Shown here: positions 26,150 to 32,000 of the stretch, piece after piece
How the letters are laid out: every line of letters starts with the position of its first letter
Position numbering within the stretch: position 1 is the stretch's first letter
Assembly: GCF_000189295.2 (NCBI RefSeq)
Contig: NC_016803.1
Span: 690,001-722,000, forward strand
Reading direction: 5' to 3'
Length of the DNA stretch: 32,000 nucleotides
Origin: Pseudodesulfovibrio mercurii
Lineage (GTDB): Bacteria > Desulfobacterota > Desulfovibrionia > Desulfovibrionales > Desulfovibrionaceae
Notes under the pieces: generated by a model
Told to the model about the DNA's origin: nothing
Databases searched by the model: none
What the model saw: the letters and a program-made list of their open reading frames with translations, nothing else
Program-made: the position numbers and the translations under genes

Positions 26150-27220
26150 ATGATCGGCCAGGAAGATCCGAGTAAAACCGAAAGGGCCACCCAGAAGCGG
26201 CGCGACAAGCAGCGCGAGGAGGGCAACGTCGCCAAGGGCCAGGAGATACCCAAGGTCATGACCCTGCTGGCCGGAGTCCTGACCCTGCGCTTCATGATCG
26301 GCTTCTACAGCGACCAGTTCACCGAGATCTACCGCTGGACCTTCCTTGAGGCCATCAACTTCCAGGTGGACAAGCCCATGGCCTACGCCCTGTTCGCCTG
26401 GGGCCTCAAGAAGATGGCCCTGCTGGTGGTGCCGTTCATGCTGGTCCTGGCCCTGGTGGCCTTCCTGTCCCTGCGGTTGCAGGTGGGCTCCCTGTGGACC
26501 ACCAAGCCCCTGGAGCCGAAGTTCGGCAAGCTGTTCAACATCATGAGCGGCATCAAGAAGCTCATGCTCAGCCCGGACGCCCTGCTCAAACTGGGCAAGA
26601 GCCTGCTCCAGGCCATGGCCGTGGCCATCGCCCCGTATATCGTCATCCGGCAGGAGCTGCCCAACCTGCTCCCCTTGTTCCACTCCAACGTCCAGGGAAT
26701 CCTCGCCTTCATCGTCACCGTGGGCTACAGGATGGTCTGCTACGCCCTCATCCCCATGCTGCTCATCGCCGTGGCCGACCTGGTCTACGAGCGCTGGAAC
26801 TACGAGGAGCAGATCAAGATGACCAAGGACGAGATCAAGGACGAGCGCAAGCAGGCCGAGGGCGACCCCAAGATCAAGCAGAAGCAGCGCCAGAAGATGA
26901 TGGAGGTCATGGCCTCGCGCATGTTCCAGGACATCCCCAAGGCGGACGTGGTCATCACCAACCCGACCCACTACGCCGTGGCCCTGCAGTACGACCCGCT
27001 GAAGGCCCCCGCGCCCCTGGTCCTGGCCAAGGGTGTGAACAAGGTTGCCGAACGAATCAAGGAAGTTGCGCGCGAGAACTCCATCCCCATCGAGGAAAAC
27101 CGACCCTTGGCACAGGCTTTGTATAAACAGGTGGAGATCGGAGAAACCATCCCGGAGGAACTGTTCCAGGCCGTGGCCGCAATTCTGGCGAAGCTGGAGA
27201 AATTCAAGCGACGCCGCTAG
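26150..27220 (+). CDS. flhB: Flagellar biosynthesis protein FlhB
   Basis: N-terminus EDPSKTERATQKRRDKQREEGNVAKGQE, four TM segments, NPTH autocleavage site (VVITNPTHYAVAL). Confidence 0.95.
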   Translation: MIGQEDPSKTERATQKRRDKQREEGNVAKGQEIPKVMTLLAGVLTLRFMIGFYSDQFTEIYRWTFLEAINFQVDKPMAYALFAWGLKKMALLVVPFMLVLALVAFLSLRLQVGSLWTTKPLEPKFGKLFNIMSGIKKLMLSPDALLKLGKSLLQAMAVAIAPYIVIRQELPNLLPLFHSNVQGILAFIVTVGYRMVCYALIPMLLIAVADLVYERWNYEEQIKMTKDEIKDERKQAEGDPKIKQKQRQKMMEVMASRMFQDIPKADVVITNPTHYAVALQYDPLKAPAPLVLAKGVNKVAERIKEVARENSIPIEENRPLAQALYKQVEIGETIPEELFQAVAAILAKLEKFKRRR

Positions 27221-27281
27221 TTGCGAGGCCTGACACCCTCCCCGGAATCCACAGACGAACCATCCGAGAGGTGTCAAAAAC

Positions 27282-29381
27282 ATGGCCCAGCCTTCCGCCA
27301 AGACCGCCATCCCGAAAATCGACTACAGCAAGTTCGCCAAGCAGGGCGACATCCTCCTGGCCGGAGGCGTGGTGGTCATCCTCTTCGTGATGCTCATCCC
27401 CCTGCCGACGCCGTTCATCGACTTCATGCTCTCGGTCTCCATCTCGCTGGGTCTGGTCATCCTGGTGACCTCCATGTTCATGACCTCGCCGCTGGAATTT
27501 TCCATCTTCCCGTCGCTCCTGCTGGTCACCACCCTGCTGCGCCTGGCCCTGAACGTGGCCACCACCCGCGCCATCCTGCTGCACGGCGACGAGGGCACCT
27601 CGGCCGCGGGCTCGGTCATCCAGAGCTTCGGCGAGTTCGTGGTCGGCGGCAACTACGTCATCGGCATCGTCATCTTCATGATCCTGTTCATCCTGAACAA
27701 GACCGTCATCGTCACCGGCACCACCCGCATCGCCGAGGTGGCCGCCCGCTTCACCCTGGACGCCATGCCGGGCAAGCAGATGGCCATCGAGGCGGACCTC
27801 AACGCCGGGCTCATCGACGAGGAGCAGGCCACCAAGAAGCGCGAGGACCTGCGCCGCGAGGCCGACTTCTACGGGGCCATGGACGGCGCAGGCAAGTTCG
27901 TGTCCGGAGACGTCAAGGCCGGCCTGATGATCACGGCCATCAACATCATCGGCGGCTTCCTCATCGGCGTGCTGCAGAAAAACATGGAGTGGATGGACGC
28001 GGCCCATACCTACACCCTGCTGACCATCGGCGACGGCCTGGTGGCCACCATCCCGTCCCTGATCATCTCCACCTCGGCGGGCATCATCGTCTCCCGCGCG
28101 GCCGCCGAGGCCAAGATGGGCGAGGAATTCATCGGCCAGCTGTCCTATCATCACCGGGCGCTCAAGCTGGTGTCCGGCATCCTGGTCATCTTCGGCATCG
28201 TTCCCGGCATGCCGACCATCCCGTTCCTGACTCTGGCCGCCATCGTCTTCGGCGTGGGCCATATCTCGGCCAAGCAGCGGCGCAGCTTCACCGTGGCCCA
28301 GGAGGCCAAGGAGCAGAAGCAGCCCGCCACCCTGGACACCCCGGAGGAGGTCCAGGCCCTGCTGCCGCTCGACCAGCTGGAACTGGAGGTGGGCTACGGG
28401 CTCATCCCCCTGGTGGACGAGGAACAGAGCGGCAACCTGCTCTCGCGCATCCGCTCCATCCGCCGCCAGTTCGCCCTGGACATGGGCGTGGTCGTACCCT
28501 CCCTGCACCTGCGCGACAACCTCCAGCTCAAGCCCGGCGAGTACCGCGTGCTCATCAAGGGCAACCCGGTTGCCAGCGCGGAGCTGCTCATCGACCACTA
28601 CCTGGCCATGGACCCGGGCGACGCCAAGCACCGCATCGAGGGTGTGGAGACCGTGGAGCCCGCCTTCAACCTCCCGGCCGTGTGGATTCCCGAGGCCCAG
28701 AAGGAGGAGGCCATGCTGGCGGGTTACACCGTGGTCGATCCGTCCACGGTCATCGCCACCCACCTGACCGAGGTCTTCCGGCGCAACCTGCACGAGTTCC
28801 TCGGCCGCCAGGAGACCCAGGAGCTGCTCAACAACCTGTCCAAGCGCGCGCCCAAGGCCGTGGAATCCCTGGTGCCCGCCGTGCTCAGCGTGGGCGGCGT
28901 GCAGAAAGTCCTCCAGGCCCTGGTCCAGGAGAACGTCTCCATCCGCGACCTGCTGACCATCGTGGAGACCCTGGCCGACTACGCCCCGGCAACCCAGGAC
29001 CCGACACAGCTCACGGAATACGTCCGCGCCCGCATGGGCCGGACCATCGTCAAGCCGTATCTCGGCGACAACGGGGTGCTGCCGATCATCACCCTGAACC
29101 CGCAGATCGACGAGATTCTGAACAACGCCATGCGCCCGGCCGAACAGGGCGGCTACCTGGCCCTGGAGCCGGGCATGGCCCAGAGGATCATCCAGGCCAT
29201 CAACCGCTCGACGGAGGACGCCATGGTGGCCGACGGCCAGCCCATCCTGTTGGTCACACCGCAACTGCGCTCGCAGCTGGCCCAGCTGCTGACCCGGTTC
29301 ATCCCGACCCTGCCGGTCATCTCCCAGGCCGAAATCCCGGCGGACGTCAAAATTCAGTCGGTCGCAACCGTCGAACTCTAG
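27282..29381 (+). CDS. flhA: Flagellar biosynthesis protein FlhA
   Basis: 699 aa. Conserved TM domain (FPSLLLVTTLLRLALNVATTR, GDGLVATIPSLIISTSAGIIVSR) and a large cytoplasmic C-domain. Confidence 0.96.
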   Translation: MAQPSAKTAIPKIDYSKFAKQGDILLAGGVVVILFVMLIPLPTPFIDFMLSVSISLGLVILVTSMFMTSPLEFSIFPSLLLVTTLLRLALNVATTRAILLHGDEGTSAAGSVIQSFGEFVVGGNYVIGIVIFMILFILNKTVIVTGTTRIAEVAARFTLDAMPGKQMAIEADLNAGLIDEEQATKKREDLRREADFYGAMDGAGKFVSGDVKAGLMITAINIIGGFLIGVLQKNMEWMDAAHTYTLLTIGDGLVATIPSLIISTSAGIIVSRAAAEAKMGEEFIGQLSYHHRALKLVSGILVIFGIVPGMPTIPFLTLAAIVFGVGHISAKQRRSFTVAQEAKEQKQPATLDTPEEVQALLPLDQLELEVGYGLIPLVDEEQSGNLLSRIRSIRRQFALDMGVVVPSLHLRDNLQLKPGEYRVLIKGNPVASAELLIDHYLAMDPGDAKHRIEGVETVEPAFNLPAVWIPEAQKEEAMLAGYTVVDPSTVIATHLTEVFRRNLHEFLGRQETQELLNNLSKRAPKAVESLVPAVLSVGGVQKVLQALVQENVSIRDLLTIVETLADYAPATQDPTQLTEYVRARMGRTIVKPYLGDNGVLPIITLNPQIDEILNNAMRPAEQGGYLALEPGMAQRIIQAINRSTEDAMVADGQPILLVTPQLRSQLAQLLTRFIPTLPVISQAEIPADVKIQSVATVEL

Positions 29382-29390
29382 GACCAGATT

Positions 29391-30467
29391 ATGAGAATGA
29401 AGACTTACCGGGCCGCCACGTCCACGGCCGCCTTCGCCAAGGTCCGATCCGAACTCGGCGACGAGGCCGTGATCCTGTCCAACAAGACCGTCACCGAGAA
29501 CGGCTGCAAGTGCTGCGAGATCGTGGCCGCGGTGGAGAGCGATCCGCAGCCGCGCCGCCCGCAGCGCGACACCAGGGACGGCGTGGTGGACGCCGCCCTG
29601 CGCGACTCGGTGGGCTGGCAGCGCGAATGGAGCCAGATCAAGGGCCAGATTCTGGCCCTGATGAAGCCGCAGATGGACCCGACCCGGCTCTCGTCCAAGC
29701 AGCGCATCGCGCTGGAATACCTGGAGCGCGAGGAGGTGGACGAACGGGTCCTGACCCACGTCTACTGCACCATGCGCGAAACCCGCGACCTGCCGGTCAT
29801 GGGAGCCCTGGACCCGCTGCTCAAGGCCACGCCGTTCCGGGCCGGGACCTGGACCAACCGCTTCCACGCCTTTGCCGGGCCCGGCGGGGCCGGAAAGACC
29901 TCCAGCCTGGTGCGCCTCGCCCTGCGCATGAAGAAGGAGCAGCCGGGCATGCGCCTGTGCCTGGCCACGGCCGACGGCGGCCGGGGCAAGGGCCGCCTGA
30001 TCCTCAAGCACTACGCCGAACTGAGCGGCCTGGCCTTCCGCGAGATCATCACCAAGGACGACTTCGCCCTGCTCCGCGACGAGGCCCGGCAATTCGACAT
30101 GATCCTCATCGACCTGCCCGGCCTGTCCGGGAGGACCACCCTGGAGGAATGGTCGCGCCTCTACGGCCTGCACGAATGCCCGGACCTGTCCATTCACCTG
30201 GTCCTGAATCCCTACTACAGCAAGGGCCAGTTCGAGCGTTTCGTGGACAAATACAAAAGTGAACAACTAGCCAGCGTTATCTGGACGAAACTCGATGAAG
30301 CCTGTACATTCGGGGCAATATTGAACATGGCTTTCGCCGGCGGACTGCCGGTCTCGGCCCTGTCCTACGGCCCCGGCCTGAAGAACAGCATCAGCCCGGC
30401 CACGGAAGAGATGATCTGGCGACTCATGTTCATGCGCAGGCTGCCCGACGGCACAACCCAACCCTAA
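29391..30467 (+). CDS. flhF: Flagellar biosynthesis GTPase FlhF (SRP-type)
   Basis: G1 GPGGAGKTS, G3 DLPG, G4 TKLDE. Position between flhA and flhG. Confidence 0.88.
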   Translation: MRMKTYRAATSTAAFAKVRSELGDEAVILSNKTVTENGCKCCEIVAAVESDPQPRRPQRDTRDGVVDAALRDSVGWQREWSQIKGQILALMKPQMDPTRLSSKQRIALEYLEREEVDERVLTHVYCTMRETRDLPVMGALDPLLKATPFRAGTWTNRFHAFAGPGGAGKTSSLVRLALRMKKEQPGMRLCLATADGGRGKGRLILKHYAELSGLAFREIITKDDFALLRDEARQFDMILIDLPGLSGRTTLEEWSRLYGLHECPDLSIHLVLNPYYSKGQFERFVDKYKSEQLASVIWTKLDEACTFGAILNMAFAGGLPVSALSYGPGLKNSISPATEEMIWRLMFMRRLPDGTTQP

Positions 30468-30484
30468 GGAGCGCGTCACCCGTC

Positions 30485-31312
30485 ATGAGCTCGAATCTTC
30501 CCCTGGTCCTCTCCGTCACTTCCGGCAAGGGAGGGGTCGGCAAGACCAACATGTCGGTCAACCTGGCCTATTCCCTCAGCGCCGCGGGCAAGAACGTGGT
30601 CCTGCTCGACGCGGACCTGGGGCTGGCCAACGTGGACGTCATTCTCGGGGTCACGCCCAAACACAATCTCTTCCACCTGTTCCACGAGGACATGACCCTG
30701 GACAAGATCCTCTTCGACACCCCCTACGGCTTCCGCATCCTCCCGGCCTCGTCGGGCGTGAGCGACATGGTCAACCTGGACAAGGGCCAGAAGCTCGAAC
30801 TCCTGGATGCCATGGACTCCCTGGAGGACAACGTGGACTACCTCATCGTGGACACGGGCGCGGGCATCAACGACAACGTGCTCTACTTCAACCTGGCCGT
30901 GCAGGAACGACTGCTGATCATCACCCCGGAGCCCACTTCCCTGACCGACGCCTACGCCCTGATAAAGGTCCTCAAGCTGCACCACGGGGTGGAGAAGTTC
31001 CGCGTGCTGGTGAACATGGTCAAGGACGTGAACATGGCCCGCGAGGTCTACCTCAAGCTCCTGAACGCCTGCGACCACTTCCTGGACGGCATCTCGCTGG
31101 ACCTGGTCGGCTTCGTGCCCTACGACCAGAACGTGCGCAACGCGGTCATCGCCCAGACCCCGTTCTGCCACAAATTTCCCAAGACCCCGGCCAGCGTCGC
31201 TGTCCGGCAGACGGCCCAGAAGGTCAAAAACTGGCAGGTAACCCCCAACACCGATGACAATATTAAATTCTTCTGGAAAAAGCTCCTCTTCCAGGAACGA
31301 TCCGTGGCTTGA
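30485..31312 (+). CDS. flhG: MinD/ParA-type ATPase FlhG (FleN/YlxH)
   Basis: Deviant Walker A SGKGGVGKT, DADLGLAN, IVDTGAG. Confidence 0.9.
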   Translation: MSSNLPLVLSVTSGKGGVGKTNMSVNLAYSLSAAGKNVVLLDADLGLANVDVILGVTPKHNLFHLFHEDMTLDKILFDTPYGFRILPASSGVSDMVNLDKGQKLELLDAMDSLEDNVDYLIVDTGAGINDNVLYFNLAVQERLLIITPEPTSLTDAYALIKVLKLHHGVEKFRVLVNMVKDVNMAREVYLKLLNACDHFLDGISLDLVGFVPYDQNVRNAVIAQTPFCHKFPKTPASVAVRQTAQKVKNWQVTPNTDDNIKFFWKKLLFQERSVA

Positions 31313-32000
31313 GCTGGAACAGGGCGTCAGGCATTGGGACGATTTTTCGCCGAGGGACCGGGAAAACATCGTCCGCTACTACGCGCCCAAAATCCGGATC
31401 CTGGCGCTGCGGCTCAAGGCCAAGCTGCCCCAGAGCGTGGAGCTCAACGAGCTCATCAGCGCGGGCAGCCTCGGTCTTCTCGATGCCTTGGGAAAGTTCA
31501 ACCCGGAGCTGGGGATCAAGTTCGACACCTACTCGGAGAACCGCATCAAGGGGGCCATGCTCGACGAGCTGCGGCGCATGGACTGGTTCTCCCGGGGGCT
31601 CCGGCAGAAGGTCAAGGTGCTCGAGGACTCCATGCGCCAGATCGAGCACGAGACCGGCTCCCCGGCCACCACGGAACAGCTCTGCGCCCACACCGGCATG
31701 TCGGACCGGGAGGTCCAGCAGGGACTCGAAGCCCTGAACAACCAGGTCTGCCTCAGCCTGGACTCCTTCCAGGAGAACCTCGTCGGCCAGAAAAAAATGA
31801 CCGACAACGAACCGTTCCAGTCGGCCGCCTTCCAGGAGATTGTTGACAAAGTAGCCAATCTCATTGAAGAATTGACGCCAAGAGAAAAATTGGTCATATC
31901 TCTGTATTACGGAGAGGAGCTGAACATGAAGGAGACTGCGGAGGTTATGGACATAACCGAGGGCCGCGTCTCGCAACTCCACTCCCAAGCATTGAATAAA
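31254..32000 (+). CDS. fliA: Flagellar sigma factor FliA (sigma-28), 3'-truncated by the window edge
   Basis: Hand translation of the frame missing from the ORF track (no stop before the window end): MTILNSS...IVRYYAPKIRILALRL...LISAGSLGLLDALGKFNPELGIKFDTYSENRIKGAMLDELRRMDW...EGRVSQLHSQALNK. Sigma70 regions 2 to 4.2 of the FliA type. Confidence 0.88.
   Translation, partial: MTILNSSGKSSSSRNDPWLELEQGVRHWDDFSPRDRENIVRYYAPKIRILALRLKAKLPQSVELNELISAGSLGLLDALGKFNPELGIKFDTYSENRIKGAMLDELRRMDWFSRGLRQKVKVLEDSMRQIEHETGSPATTEQLCAHTGMSDREVQQGLEALNNQVCLSLDSFQENLVGQKKMTDNEPFQSAAFQEIVDKVANLIEELTPREKLVISLYYGEELNMKETAEVMDITEGRVSQLHSQALNK

Noticed and set aside
24269-30266. Very long ORFs antisense to, or out of frame with, the flagellar genes (24269..27310 minus, 1013 aa; 27204..30266 minus, 1020 aa; 27221..30262 plus, 1013 aa).
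   Set aside because: Their translations are Arg/Gly/Pro/Ala/His-rich and low in complexity, with no motifs. They mirror well-supported genes (M23, fliR, flhB, flhA, flhF). Stop codons are rare in non-coding frames at about 65% GC, so these are composition artefacts.

Overview
High-GC (about 65% by eye) chromosomal segment whose gene content and order suggest a Desulfovibrionaceae-type sulfate reducer; that taxonomic call is an inference. Almost all of it is tightly packed core metabolism. Left to right: the 3' two-thirds of pyruvate:ferredoxin oxidoreductase, then a thiamine-salvage operon (MTH1187/YkoF-like protein, thiM, thiE) behind a long structured leader. Next come an OmpR-family response regulator and HAMP histidine kinase pair, and an osmoregulated periplasmic glucan locus (opgG, a small tail-anchored ORF, opgH). 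These are followed by tRNA-Lys(CUU), dsbD, an iron-containing alcohol dehydrogenase, a small hypothetical gene and an M24 peptidase on the minus strand. A CoA-binding / YkgJ Cys-cluster / J-domain operon and hisH-hisF come next. After hisF sits a roughly 0.8-kb AT-rich islet with one orphan gene. The minus-strand block beyond it is (hypothetical)-rpoZ-dnaJ-moaC. The window ends with a TtcA-like PP-loop ATPase, an M23 peptidase, and the flagellar export/regulation cluster fliR-flhB-flhA-flhF-flhG-fliA (fliA runs off the right edge). I found no CRISPR array, transposase, integrase or rRNA. I do not see a convincing multi-gene novel system. The best candidate for something undescribed is the compositionally foreign single-gene islet at about 19317-20134 (about 37% G+C by hand count), which encodes an N-terminally membrane-anchored 188-aa protein I cannot assign to any family. 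Secondary leads are: a small ORF in the same frame as opgH and separated from it by a single TAA; an atypical THI-box-like leader; and a promoter-plus-terminator unit with no ORF next to tRNA-Lys. The many long alternative-frame and antisense ORFs in the track are GC-composition artefacts.
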